From: Malacoraja senta
Taxonomy: Eukaryota
Reading direction: 5' to 3'
Assembly: GCA_038087875.1 (NCBI GenBank)
Contig: CM075989.1
Coordinates: forward strand, 20,586,001-20,650,000
DNA: 64,000 nt
The position numbers and the translations under genes are program-made. Numbering within the stretch: the first letter of the stretch is position 1; the number at the start of each line of letters is the position of its first letter. Under the pieces are notes generated by a model. It did not search any database. It saw only the letters and a program-made list of their open reading frames with translations, and was not told the DNA's origin. Positions 1 through 13,497 of the stretch are shown in pieces.

Positions 1-566
1 TCAAATTTCAAGCTAGAAAGATGCATCTTTGTGGGCTTAATTAAGTAAGTTTCCTGCAAATTGACGTGCCCAATTCTCCATCTTTGAAGAAGGGTCCCGA
101 CCCGAAATGCCATCTATTCATGTTCTCCAGAGATGCTGCCAGACAAGCTGAGTTACTCCAGCACTTTTATTTTTGTAAACCAGCATGTGCAGTTCCTTGT
201 TTCTCCATCTCTTGCGTCCGTTTGTAAAATTCCTCTTTGGAATGTGTCGCTTGCATGAGACTCTCAAATGAATTGCAAGATTCTTTAATGCATAATTGGA
301 TTTTCAGGTGCAAGTTAAAAGACTTTCTACCTATTACCACCTTTTGAATGTGCTAGCAAAAAGTTTGTGAATGGTCCGACCCAAAATGTTTGTCTGTTCA
401 TTTCCTCCACGGATGCTGCCTTATCCACCAAATTCCTCCAGCACTTTGCTCAAGATTCCAGCATCAACAGTTCCCGTGCAAAAATGAAAATAGTCCTTGT
501 GCCCAACCTCTACTTCAGCATGCGTTCACTCTTCAGTTTAACTGTTGTAGTGATGGTCCTTTCTAC

Positions 567-780
567 TTTAGAGATACAGCTTGGAAACAGGTCCTTCGGC
601 CCATTGAGTCCATACCGACCAGCGATCACCCCGTTCACTAGCACTATCCAACACACTACGGATAATTTAACAACTTGTTGAAGCCAATTAACCTACAAAC
701 CTGTACGTCCTTGGCGTGTGGGATAAAATGAGAGCACCTGGAAAAACCCAGGGTCACAGGGAGAAATACAAATACCGTAC
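567..780 (-). mobile_element. HE1-like SINE, 5'-truncated
   Basis: Homologous to 23140-23425. Confidence 0.7.
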
Positions 781-1709
781 TAAATGTTGGTAGTTTAGGG
801 TAGGGTTGGTGTGGAAATGGATTCTTAGCACCGTGAGACTAGGGCCCGATTCACAACTCTATATGTTGTTCCGTTAGACAGCCAGCATTCAGTTATGACC
901 ATATTTTACACTTTTTTGCAGTGCAAAATTCTGTTTAATAGGCCACAATCTTTATATTTGTAATCTCCTTTCTTTCTTGCTTTCTTTTTTTCTATTAGTT
1001 TATAGTTTCTCTTATCTCTTCCTTTCTTTATTTCTTCTCTTTAAAAAAAAAAAAAGTAAAAAAATTGAAGCTATGTAAGAACTCTGTAACCAATTTGTCA
1101 TTTAATACTATTTGTACATATGCTTTTAATAAAAATATAAAAAATAAAATAAATAATAGGCCCATGCCTTTGGTCACAGCGGCTTGTCTTTTGAGACTGG
1201 AATAGCATTTGAGTTGTCCTGTCCTAGGAATAATCATGGCAACTCTTCCTTGGGGAGTCAGATATAGAGGCATGACTGTCCAATTCCAGTTAGCTCCTGT
1301 TGAACATGATCCGGGCAAGTGCATTGGCACTTGCACACGGAACGCCGGCTGGAAGTATGCGGATTAAGTAGATCATGACATCATTCAGCACACAACACTG
1401 ATATGACACAGCTGCCATTTAGGAGCTAATTTTTCCAAATGAAACCTGGTCTTACGCATGCACGGAGGAATACATGTCCAGCAGCAGGAGAGAACTAGCA
1501 CCGGCCCGATGTAAAGGAATCCTCCATTTAAAAAGTTCTTTCAAATGTCAATTGGAATATTTATATTTCATGCTTGTTTCAAGTTGCACAATTGTACTGT
1601 GAGCGGTATGACTGGTGCTATTTTCTAGGTGTTTTCAGCAAGCACTTTTTATCTTAGCAAGGAAGAATGTGAGATGCAAGTGATTCTGTTTGAGAAAACT
1701 ACTAAACTT

Positions 1710-2035
1710 GAAGATAGACACAAAAGGCTGGAGTAACTCAGTGGGACAGGCAGCATCTCCAGAGGGAAGGAATGGGTGATGTTTCGGGTCGAGACACTTC
1801 TTCAGACTAGTTAGGGAAAAGGGAAATGAGAGATATCGACGTTGATGTCGAGAGATAAAGACCAATGAATGAGAGATATGCAAATAAGTAACGATGATAA
1901 AGGAAACGGGTTGTTAGCTGTTTGTTGGGTGAAAATGAGAAGCTGGTGCTACTTAGGTGGGGGAGGGATAGAGAGAGAGAGGGAGGGAACGCAGGGGTTA
2001 CTTGAAGTTAGAGAAATCAATATTCATACCTCTGG
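1710..2035 (-). mobile_element. Penelope-like element 3' fragment
   Basis: Reverse complement of the GIY-YIG C-terminus (ttacttgaagttagagaaatcaatattcatacc) plus the terminal repeat. Confidence 0.75.
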
Positions 2036-2899
2036 GTTGTTACTAAAATCGGTTTCCTGCTGCAGCCCAGAGCGGGGGAAAGCCAGGGCAGCAGTCTGAG
2101 CTTCAACGTCTCACAAGGAACTAACCGTTGACTTCAGAAAGAGGAGTCCAGTTTAGTTCTGGTATAGAGATACAGCGCGGAAACAGGCTCTTCGGCCCAT
2201 CGAGTCCACACTGACCAACACTCCCCGCACATTAACACACACTAGGGACAATATACACTTATACCAAGCCAATTAACCTACAAACATGTAGGTCTTTGGA
2301 ATTGGAGTTGAGGGGCCACGCATTTTCTTTTACACTATCTTGTATAATTTATGTACCATTCATGTTTTGTGTGCTGTCTGAGATGCTGCTACAAGCAAGA
2401 TTTTAATTTCATCTGCACCTCACCAAACTTGTGTAGATGACAATAAACTCAACTTGCCTTGACTGATTGTAGCAATGGTGTGTGGCCCTGGTGATACTCT
2501 GACATTTGGTGGCTGTTGCAAAAGCTATATTCATGCCAGAGATGTCAGCCTTCAATCATTGCATTGTGGCAATTTTTGTAAGTATCAAGTTGAGTTGGCC
2601 ACACTTAGCTTGCTGGAAAGATTGGGCTCCGAGCTCTTCACAAAGCCCTGTTCCCAATTGATCCACAACCCCTCTGTTCTGCTTGGCACAGATCACAGAC
2701 TTGCTGGCAGCATTCCCATTGCATCAAGCCTTTCATTGTCCTTGGCCTTTAACTGGAGCCTGCTCCTCCAAGGTCCTCCAGTGACATGCCGCATGAACCA
2801 GCCTTGGCTACTGCTCTGGCTGCGGGCCACATGTACCTAGTGTTTCATAGCTGACAGATTCCACTACTTCTGCGGTCCTGTCAATTGATTGAAAAATAC

Positions 2900-3180
2900 A
2901 TCATGGAAACAGGCCCTTCAGCCCGCCGAGTCCACGCCGACCATCGATCATCCATTAATGATTCAATGAGTTCTATGCTGTCCTATTTTCAGTACTCCCT
3001 GCACACTGGGGGCAATTTTGAGAGGTTAATTAACTTGCAAGCACGTGCATCTTTGGGGTGGGGAGGAAACCGCAGCACCCAGAAGGAACCCGCATCGTCA
3101 CAGGGAGAACGTGCAAGCTCTGCACAGACAGCACCCGAGGTCAGGATTGAGCCTGGGTCTCCGGCTGCTCTACCACTGGG
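2900..3180 (-). mobile_element. HE1-like SINE
   Basis: Homologous to 23140-23425. Confidence 0.7.
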
Positions 3181-3370
3181 GCAGCGCAGTGGTACAGTTG
3201 CTGCCGTACAGCGCCAGAAACCCCATTGAGATCTCAAAGGTTCTTTGATGTCACGTTTGCAGGCGCATAGTGAAATTATTTTTTTGCGTACATTTCAATA
3301 AAGCATCGCTGTTCCTGAGCAACAATCCCCGATTATTACAAAGTGTATAGAAATGGTCCATTGAGACACC

Positions 3371-3486
3371 TGAAAGGCTGCACTGCAAAAATGGCTGTTG
3401 TTGGTGGTGGTAACTGCTTTGAAAGGCTGCACTGCAAAAATGGCTGTTGTTGGTGGTGGTAACTGCTTTGAAAGGCTGCACTGCAA
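3371..3486. repeat. 49-bp tandem repeat, about 2.4 copies
   Basis: tgaaaggctgcactgcaaaaatggctgttgttggtggtggtaactgctt at 3371 and 3420, partial at 3469. Confidence 0.95.
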
Positions 3487-4115
3487 GGTGTTGCCGCTAC
3501 ATTCAAAGTCTAGTTCCACTTGCGAGATCAGTCCTCTGGAGCGCCGCCTGATCCAAGCGAGCCCCAGGCTGCTACAGGGCGTCGAGCCGTCACCTCCACC
3601 TGGATCGTCCAGCAAACCGGCGTTCCTCTACTTGTCCGGCCACCTTGACCTTTGTACCCTGGGGGTACCTCCCTCGGCTTACGTTGGCCTGACTACATGT
3701 GCACCTTCTGTAGTATGCCCACCTGCCCTCTATACATCGGCCACCTCTCACCACAAAGGCTAATAGTGCAGCATCTTGACACTTGGAAGTTGTTCCCTTC
3801 TGTGTTACACTTGTTTTGTTGTCAACCTCACGCACTGGATGGTTGCCAGCACGAGGCAACAGCGATACCCTTTCCTTTCATTGACAGGTGCCACTGTGAC
3901 CTTTGTCATGCCAATATTTCCGGACAATCCTAAATTAGCAGCAGATGCAACAATCATAATCTTTATAATCTCCATGGATACTTCATACGTGCCCCTGACG
4001 TAGAGGGCGATGTTACTGAGTCCACGCCAGCTTGCAGAACCATTCTATTCCTCTACTGATGTTCTGCTCCCATCAGAACCTATTCTCCGCACATTCCCAT
4101 CAAGTCCCCCTTAAA

Positions 4116-4329
4116 GGTAGACAAAAGTGCTGGAGAAACTCAGCGGGTGCAGCAACATCTATGGAGTAAAGGAAATGGGTAACGTTTTGGGCTGAAACTC
4201 TTCTTCAGACGTTTCGGCCCGAAACGTTACCTATTTCCTTCGCTCCATAGATGCTACTGCACCCGCTGAGTTTCTCCAGCACTTTTGTCTACCTTTGATT
4301 TTCCAGCATCTGCAGTTCCTTCTTAAACT
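4116..4329. mobile_element. Penelope-derived fold-back hairpin insertion
   Basis: Inverted arms of the terminal repeat. TSD tcccccttaaa at 4105 and 4330. Confidence 0.8.
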
Positions 4330-4397
4330 TCCCCCTTAAAATCCTACCACTCATTGAAACACAAGGCTCCATTTACAGTGACCAATTGACAGAGCAT

Positions 4398-4925
4398 CGA
4401 AGATAGACACAATTGCTGGAGTAACTCAGCGGGTCAAGCAGCATCTCTGGAGAAAAGGAATAGGTGGCGTTTCAGGTTGAGACCCTTCATCAGATTAAAA
4501 GTAATGGGGAGGGAACTGGGGGTAGGAAAAGACCAGAACAAATCAGGGCAGACAACAGATGACAAATGTTGGTTTATACCAGAGATAGACACACAATTGC
4601 TGGAGTAACTCAGCGGGTCAGGCGGCATCTCTGGAGAAAAAGGATGGGTGATGTTTCGGGTCAGAACCCTTCTTCAGACTAAAAGTAAAGGGGAGGGAAT
4701 TGAAGGGATAGAAAGGCCAGAACAAATTGGGGTAGATGACAAGTGACCAATGAAGGGTGGAGCACATAATGGCCCACAGTTGACAGTTGACTGAGGAAGA
4801 GGTGATAACGAAGGGATGCATTGATATAAACAGCGGAACTAGTAGGATGACTAAGGTGGGGGTGGGTGGGGGAGGAGGGGGGGGGGAAGAGAGGGACTGC
4901 AGAGGTTACTTGAAATTGGAGAAAG
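4398..4925 (-). mobile_element. Tandem Penelope-like 3' fragments
   Basis: Two head-to-tail terminal repeats plus the reverse complement of the endonuclease C-terminus (ttacttgaaattggagaa). Confidence 0.7.
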
Positions 4926-6261
4926 CAGGCAGACATTGTGGAAGGAATACGGGTGGGGACCGTCCTTCAGACATCTTGTAGTGAGGTGAGATTCCATGGA
5001 TTGATCAATTATTTATTTGTCTTTAAGATATAAATGTATCTAAGTAATGGTTATCATTGGGGCACAGCATGCTCTTTGCTCAAACAATTTTTTGTATTCA
5101 TGAACGACAGGATTACATGAATACAATGTCGTTCATGAATACAAAGTTTTGAATGGTTCAGTTGGACATATTTGAAGACTTCAAAATTCTTATTTTAATG
5201 TTTCTTTGATGGAGGTGAGGTGTTGGCCTTGTAGCTCCAGTCATAAGCAGATACCTTGGTGTTGGCCTTCAGGCCATGACACATTGAGGGGTTCAAATGA
5301 CGTTGACAAACCACGAGAGGAAGCCTCAACCAGCATATCAATATTATCTAAGCCTGGGGTTGTGTTGCTACCTGGAAACACATTGGTGTTTGTTGTGTAT
5401 GATGCACTGTAGAAATCTGCAGCAATAACCGAGTTAATAGTGAAAGAACAGGCCTGTTGTCGGTCGCATCCTTGCACCCCAGTTGTTATCAGGCCTACAC
5501 CCAGCCTGCAGTGGGCCATTGTGGCATCTATCATTCCTGTTGCCGGCCCAGATTTGTTCTGGCCTTATCTCTCCTCCAGTTTATTCCCTTCCCCATCTCC
5601 TCGTTCAGTCTGTAGAATAGTTCCAGTCCGATACCTCACCTGTTCTTTTTCTCCAGAGACACCGCCTGACCCGCTGAGTTACTCCGGCGTTTCGTGTCTA
5701 TCTTCGACAAAAACCAGCATCTGTAGTTCCTTCCTACGCACCCGTTGCTCCCCAGCCTCTGTTCTGGTGATAGGAAAACATTTCTAGTTAACCTGAACTA
5801 TTTGCAACATAGGAACAGAATAAAGATAGAACAATAGAAATTGAATTACTGAGCACACAAAGCCCATTTCAGTATTTTGTCAGATGTGTATTGTGAGCCG
5901 TTTGTTCACATGGTACCTTTTTAAAACTTTTTTTATTGTTCTGCATTGTGGAAAATTGACCTCAAGTTTGGTCTTTGGAGGGGAAAATCCTGTGCTTTGC
6001 TCTCACATTCTAATCATGTATCTGACTGCCAAGGAAACATGGACACAGCAATTAAGACAGGCTAGTATTTGGAGCCCAGAACTGGTATTCTGGAATCTCT
6101 GGTTCTAATTCCATAATTTAAATTAAAAAAATTAAATAAATACAAAGTAAAAATATTAGAGCCATGAAAATGCTGGTATTCCACAAAACCCATGTTTCTG
6201 GGAAGGAAACCTACCATCCAGGTCTGACCGATGTGACTCCAGATCAACCTAGATGGTTAAT

Positions 6262-6577
6262 CCTGTCCCACGGTACGAGTTCATTCCAAGGGCTCCCCCG
6301 AGTTTAAAAAAAATCAAACTCGTGGTAAGCACGGAGAAGGAAATTAGCGAGTACGTCGGAGCTCGGGGACGTCTCTTAGCGGCTCGTAGCGCTAACGGCA
6401 GGTACTCGGGAAGACTCGCTAACGGCAGGTAAGCTCGGGAAGACTCGGGAAGATTTTTCAACATGTTGAAAAATGTCCACGAGAGCCCTGAGTACCGACG
6501 AGCGGCCATTACCGTAAATCTCCGAGTTCGAATCAGTTCGAATCGACTCTTGGAATGAACTCGTACCGTGGGACAGG
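6262..6577. mobile_element. MITE, probably Harbinger/PIF-related
   Basis: 29-bp perfect TIRs cctgtcccacggtacgagttcattccaag (6262-6290 / 6549-6577). CpG-rich interior. TIR start shared with the 32560 element. Confidence 0.8.
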
Positions 6578-8834
6578 GCCATAACTCCTAATTGTCCTCT
6601 GAACTGGGTGTGCAAGCTACCTAATTCGAGGAGTGATTAGGAAGCGATTGACTAAGTAAAGGATGCTTGGGTAAAGCCTCTGTGTTATGCACAAAAATTA
6701 CACTTAAAAAACAAAAATCGCGGGTGTACCTTTTCCCAAGCTTTAGACAAACCCCCTGCGTGGGTTTTCTCCAGGATCCACAGTTTTCTCCCACACTCCA
6801 AAGACAGACAGGTTTATAGGTTTATTGGCTTGGTATCATTGTAAATTGTCCCTAGTGTGTATAGGATAGTGTTAGTGTGCGGGGATCGCTGCTCAGCGTG
6901 GACTTGGTGGGCCGAATGGCCTGTTTCCACGCTGTATCTCCTAACTAAACTAAACAAATATATAAAGTTTAGGTTTCTGCAATGAATTGCAACTGAATTG
7001 GGAATGGAGTGCTGGAGGGAATTCAGCATCTGTGGGTGGAATAGACAGACGTCATCTCAGGTCGAGACCCTTTCTTCAGACTGATTGTAGTCAGTGGAGT
7101 CAAGCTGGGAAAGGGGAGTGGGGGAGGGACAAAGCCTGGCAAGTGATAGGTGGATAGTGGCGAAGGGGGATTGCTTTGCAGGCGGGTGGAGTAGGTGCCA
7201 AAGGCCAAGGCGAAAAGGAGATAAAATGGTGTCATATAATCTCTGTATTTAAATTCTTCATTACCACCCATTTTGTTTTACACTTTTGAATTCTGTTATT
7301 TGCCCCTGAGTTACCACAGAGGTCAAACATTTGTACATTGAGTTGTGTGACCATAAATGGGATCAGTCAGGAATCTGTGCGAAATCCACATTGTAAAAAC
7401 TGTGGTCTGACAGTCAATGGGGAATGAGAACAACATTACGCATTTTCATCAATTATTTTTAAACTATCCCTCATAAAGTTTGAGTTGTAGTAATTCTTGC
7501 ATTTACACATTTTAAGAAGAACCTAATCTTGCAACAGGATTTCTGTCACTTAGAATTTGTTTTTGAGAAAGTTTGGCTTAGCAAATTTAAAAAAATATAT
7601 ATTTGCTGAAGTGTGTCCTGGAATTTGAATGCAGATGAGTGTGTGCTTGCTAAATTGTTCTGTTTGTTGAATTACAAAACCGTGGAATATAATAACTGCT
7701 GTCAACATAGTAATACCGCACGGAAACAGGACGTTCGGCCCAACTCATCCATGCTGCTCAAGATGCCCCATCTAAGCTAGTTCTATTTGCCTGCGTTTGG
7801 TCCATATCTTCCTAGCTGTTTCCGACGCATGCACCTGTCCGAATATCTTTTAGATGTGATTATTGTACCTGCCTCAACTACCTCCTTTGGCAACTAGTTC
7901 CATATATCCGGTGTGAAAAAGTTGCCCTTTAGTTTCCTGTTAAATCTTTTCCCTCTCACCTTAAATCTGTGCCCTCTTGTTCTTGGTTCCACTATTGTGG
8001 GAAATGCATTGCATTCACCCTATCAATTCCCCTTATAATTTTATACATTGCCATAAGATTATCCCTCAGGCACCCACCTCTAAGGATTAAAGTTCCAGTC
8101 TGTGGCTCAGGCTTTGGAGTCCTGGCAACATCGTTGTAAACCTTCTTTGCGCTCTTTCCAGCTTAAGACTTGTTAGGAGGTTTCCCCTCCATTTTTAATA
8201 CCGTCTAAAGGATCACTAATTCTAATGTTAACATTTAGTCTGAATGGTTGCATGTTTGTATTGTACAAGAATTAGTATTCTTAAACTTTGCGATTTATGT
8301 CTCATTGGACAATATCTTCCCAACATTTCACAACAATTGCATTTTGAGTAGTAATTCTCAGAAGTGAAACTACTCCTCCTTGCCCTTTGCCTTTCAACTG
8401 CTGCTTTGAACTGTTCATTAGGTTCTTGCATAACTGTAGGAATCCCATTGTTAAATCATTAAGTTTCAGTTGAAATAACTTTGTTCGAGAGATACCAAAA
8501 TATCTTGGCTTGGTTTTATGTTTGAAAAAACTTGGGTGTACAGATAACAGTTCCACAATTCTTGTGGGCCAGGATATGAAATGTTAAGATTGAAGGGAAG
8601 TAGTGTGATGTCAGTCTTGTCTTATGGTGGGGAAAAGTACAGCTCATTTTTGTGGCACCCTGCATATTTTGGAAGAAATAATTGATTCTTTCAGAAAGCA
8701 ATAATGCATTTGCATTGTAGAATGTAGCCCTGGGTCTATAATCATTAATGTCCTGATATACCAAACTATTTGAGCAAGGATTTGAAAATGCATATCAGTT
8801 GAGTTTAGTTTCAGTTTAGTTTATTGTCGCGAAG

Positions 8835-9390
8835 AATGAGGGGGGTCCTCATTGAAACGTACTGAATAGTGAAAGGCTTGGATAGAGTGGATGTGGAGAG
8901 GATGTTTCCACTAGTGGGAGAGTCTAGGACTAGAGGCCATAGCCTCAGAATTAAAGAATGTTCCTTTTGGAAGGAGATGAGGAGGATTTTTTTTAGTCAG
9001 AAGGTGGTGAGTACAGTGTGATACAGTGTGGAAACAGGCCTTTTGGCTCAACTTGCCCACACCGGCCAGCAATGTCCCAGCTACACTAGTCCCACGTGCG
9101 TGCACTTTGTCCATATCCCACCAAACCTGTCCTGTCCATGTACCTGTCTACTGTTTCTTAAACGATGGTATAGTCTGAATCTGTGGAAATTTTTGCCACA
9201 GAAGGCTACGGAGGCTGTCAATGGATATTGTTAAGGCAGAGATAGATAGATTCTGGATTAGTACGGTGTCAGGGGTTATAGGGAGAAGGCAGGAGAATGC
9301 GGTTAGGAAGGAGAGATAGATCAGTCATGATTGAATGGCGGAGTAGACTTGATGGGTTCAATGGCCTAATTCTGCTCTTTATGACCTTAT
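8835..9390 (+). mobile_element. CR1-clade fragment interrupted by an oppositely oriented LINE tail (about 9012-9175)
   Basis: CR1 ORF2 C-terminal sequence resumes after the insert at ...gtggtga|...|atctgtgg. Confidence 0.75.
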
Positions 9391-9889
9391 GACATGTACC
9401 GAGGTACAGTGGAAAGCTTTTTGGTGCTAACCAGTCAGCGGAAAGACAATAAATAATACAGAGGTACACAAAAATGCTGGAGAAACACAGCGGGTGCAAC
9501 AGCATCTATGGAGCGAAGGAAATAATACAGAGTGTGCATATTTTATATTCTTTCCCCCACACATCTAGGGCACTGGTGGACATTTGAAATAAGTGAATAA
9601 ACATTAAAATAGGAACCCATATTAACACAGGCAACAGCTGTACATTAATGCCTCAGGTGATAAAAACCTATAGAGGTCCAGGAAACTACATGTGCTGGAA
9701 TCTGGAGCAAAATAGTAACTGCTGGAGGAATTCAGTCGGTCTGTGAAGGGAATGGAGGGGCAACGTTTTGGGTCAGGACCCTTCTTAACTCTGAAGAAGT
9801 GTCCCCAACCTGAAACATTGTCTGCCCATTCCATTTTTCAATATTTACTTGATTTGCATAATTTAACATTTTAACCTACAGATAAAACA

Positions 9890-10125
9890 GGCAACACAGT
9901 TGCACAGCGGTAGATTTGCTGCCTTACAGCGCCAGAGACCCAGGCTCAATTCTGACTATGGGTGCTGTCTGTACAAAGTTTGTACGTTCTCCCTGTGACC
10001 ATGTGGGGTCCGAGTTTTCTCCCACACTCCAAAGACGTACAGGTTTGTAGGTTAATTGGCTTCTGTAAATTGTCCCTTGTGTTGGAACTAACAGATTAGG
10101 GCCTGTTTCCATGACATATCACTGA
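9890..10125 (+). mobile_element. HE1-like SINE
   Basis: gctgccttacagcgccagagacccaggctcaattctgact head and V-domain-like core. Confidence 0.7.
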
Positions 10126-11477
10126 AGCAAACAAGGGGAAAGATCTTAACTAGTGTTTGTGATAGCTTCCACTAATGAGGGAAGGGTGGATGCTCATGTT
10201 CTTGCTGAGGCAAGTGCAAAACAATGGACAGAGTAAACATAGTAAAAGCAGAAGTATTATCTTTGGAAACTGACTTGGGTGAAATATATCCACGGTTTTA
10301 AAATAGTAAGGGTGGAAAATAGCATTGACGGCAATTTTTCCAATTCTTTATGGCTAACCTTCTACTGGGGTTTACTCCGAAATAAATAATTTACTTTTCA
10401 AGAGGGTGTTAGATATATAGGTCTTAGGGCTAACGGAATCAAGGGATATGGGGAGAAAGCAGGAACTGGATACTGATTTTCCATGATCATATTCATATTG
10501 AATGGTGGTGCTGGCTTGAAGGCCTGAATGGCCTTCACCTGCTCTTATTTTCTATGTTTCTATGGATCGGTGGAATTCATTCGTGGGTATTGCATACATC
10601 TTCATTTATAAAGATACTGATATATTTATAAAGATACTCAAGGCCAGGAAAGCTGGAGAGCTCTATTTTCCTCCATAGCCATGGACTGAACAACCTTCCA
10701 TGTTGATAATTGGAACTTTTGGATCTTGATGTGTTGGCAGGGGGAGCAACGTAGATTGATTTGGAATGCAGTGGAACCCAGGGATTAACAGAGCTGCACC
10801 CTCACCCTCTGAAGAAGTGACTGAGAGAAGTATGGAAGGCAGTGAAGAGGCAACTGTAAACTGATGATTAGATTTCACCAAGGACAGATTTACAACAACA
10901 AAATAAAGATCACTGGTTGAACATCTCAATGTGGAAACAAGGAAATGCAGATGCTGGTTTCCAACACAAAGACGCAGAGATCTGAAGTAACTCAGTGGGT
11001 CAGGCAGCATCCCTGGGGAATGTGGATAGGTAGAGTGTAGAAAGGAACTGCAGATGCTAGTTTATACCGAAGATGGAAACAAAATGCTGGAGTAACTCAG
11101 TGGGTCAATCAGCATCTCTGGAGAAAAGGAACAGGTGACGCTTTGGGTCGGAACCCTTCTTCAGACTACTTCTGAAGTCTTCAGTCTGAAGAAGGATTCT
11201 GTCCTGAAACGTCACCCATTCCTGTTCTCCAGAGATGCTGCCTGACTCCAGCATTTTGAGTCTATCTTCATGGATAGGTCAAGGTTTTTTTTGACAGGCA
11301 GATTGTTGGACTAAAGCCAGATATGGAAAATCAAGATGCAAGGCAAAAGTTCGACATCTCCATATTGGACAGATACGTGGATTGGAAGGGTTTAGTGGGC
11401 CAAATGCAGGCAAATGGGACTAGCCCAGTATGTCAACTTGGTCGGCCTGGACTAGGTGGTCCGAAGGGCCTGTTTAT

Positions 11478-11890
11478 AAGTTCTAGCAGCAGAATTAGGC
11501 AAGTCGGCACATCAAGTCTACTCTGCCATTCAATCATGGCTGATCTATCTTCCCTTCTCAACCCCCTTTTCCTGCCTTCTCCTCTTAACCCCTGTCACCT
11601 GTGCTAATCAAGAATCTGCCAATCTCCGCTCTAAAAATATCCATTGACTTGGCCTCCACAGCCGTCTGTGGCAATGACTGCCACAGATTCACCACCCTCT
11701 GACTAAAGAAATTCCCCCTCATCTCCATTCTAAAAGTACGTCCTTTTATTCTGAGGCTGTGGCCTCTAGTCCTAGACTCTCCCACTACTTGAAACACGCT
11801 CCCCACATTCATTCTGTCCAGGCCTTTCATTATTCGATAAGTTTCAATGAGGTCCTTCCTCATCCTTCTAAACTCCGGTGAGTACTGGCA
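11478..11890 (-). mobile_element. CR1-clade LINE 3' fragment
   Basis: EFRRMRKDLIETYRIMKGLDR...SRTRGHSLRIKG...FFSQRVVNLW. Confidence 0.85.
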
Positions 11891-13119
11891 GAGTACGGGA
11901 GTTTCTGGACTCTTGATATTTAAAGAACTTAAAAGCAGTTGGTGCCGCATCAGCGAACTGTAGGGTGTGAGTGCACGGAAGGGTGGAGTAGTTGGTGAGA
12001 AAGAACTCGGCGTATATTTAGTTCAGTACATGGCCTCTCACTGCCTCTTAAACTGATCAAAGGCTTTGTCACTGGATGTAGCAATGCGAATGCTGTTCAT
12101 GGAAAGAATGCTTCGGAGCTCCATGCAATGGCCAAGTGGCTGATTTTGAATGATGGAAAAGGGTTGGTTGTGGTGGAAAAGGCAAGAATATTAAAGTTTG
12201 CTCGATTACTTTTCGGCGCTCGTGTACTCGATAAATTGTTCCATTGGGCGATTTTAAAATAGGTGTGAAAGGCTCCGTGGCTTTACGTCAGCGTGAAGCA
12301 TTTTGACTATGCATCAGAGTGAAAGTTGTAATCTAACTCGGGTCAGGTTACGGTCTGACTGTGGACATGGTAACGCTGAGAAGAAGCATGCCTCGGCTCC
12401 GGAAGATGGCAAGTCATTCCAACGTGCTTAGGTCATTGAAATGATCTCCCCTCCAACTTATGTGCTTAGTACTGAGCTTTCTGAGCCCAGCTGCCTATCA
12501 AACAAGCCTCCCTCACCTGTATCCACCTATCACTCTCCAGGCTTTGTCCTGCTGATCCTTTCTTCCAGCTTTCTCTCCCTCTCCACCCCCCACCACAATC
12601 AGCCTGAAGAAGGGTCCCCACCTATCTATGTTCTCCAGAGATGCTGCCTGACGTGCTGAGTTACTCCAGCACATGGTGTCTTTTTTTGTAAACAAGCGCA
12701 TGCAGTTCCTTTTTTTTCCCTTGCCAGCAATGTTGTTTTGTGTAAGGGTAGAATTTTAGTAGCAGTGGCCCGACTTATAATTGAGTCTCGCTGGTTACAG
12801 TTCTTCAGACTGCCATTCATGCTCTTAGACTACCAACATAACACAATGCAACTGGCACGAACACGCATTGTTACAGGAAAAATATCAAAAGCTGAAGCAA
12901 GGTATTTGTTTCCTCATGAGCCAACGTTACATTTCAAAGGATTTGGCAATGGTCTGTGAAAATACCGTAAATGGTTTAAAGTATAAATTCATAGGAATGT
13001 CTTGTGCCAAATTATGAATTTATTGGTAACCAACTTGGATTGAGTTATAGGTATCAGTACAAATTAAATATAATTTGCAGTTTTTACTGGCAACACCCAA
13101 TAAACACAGTTGCCCGGGC

Positions 13120-13497
13120 AGCTTATAACTCAGCGGTATGAACGTTGATTTCTCTAATTTCAAGTAACCCTTGCAGTCCCTTTCTCCCACCTCTCCACCC
13201 TCCCTAGTCGTCGTTAACAGTTCCACTGTTTGCATCCCTGTGTTATCACCTCTACCCCAGCCTACAATGGACCATTGTGGGCTCCACCCTTCCTTGGTCA
13301 TCTGTTGTCAGCCCTGATTTGTTCTGGCCTTTTCCTGCCTCTAGTTACCCTCCCACCTCAGTCTGAAGAAGGGTTCTGACCCGAAATGTCACCCATCCCA
13401 TCCTTTTTCTCCAGAGATGCTGCCTGACTTGCTGAGTTACTCTAGCACTTTGTGTCTATCTTTGGCATAAACCAGCATCTGTAGTTCCTTCCTACAC
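13120..13497 (+). mobile_element. Penelope-like element 3' fragment
   Basis: SGMNVDFSNFK* followed by the 3' region and terminal repeat with CTGAAGA...GAAA core. Confidence 0.75.
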
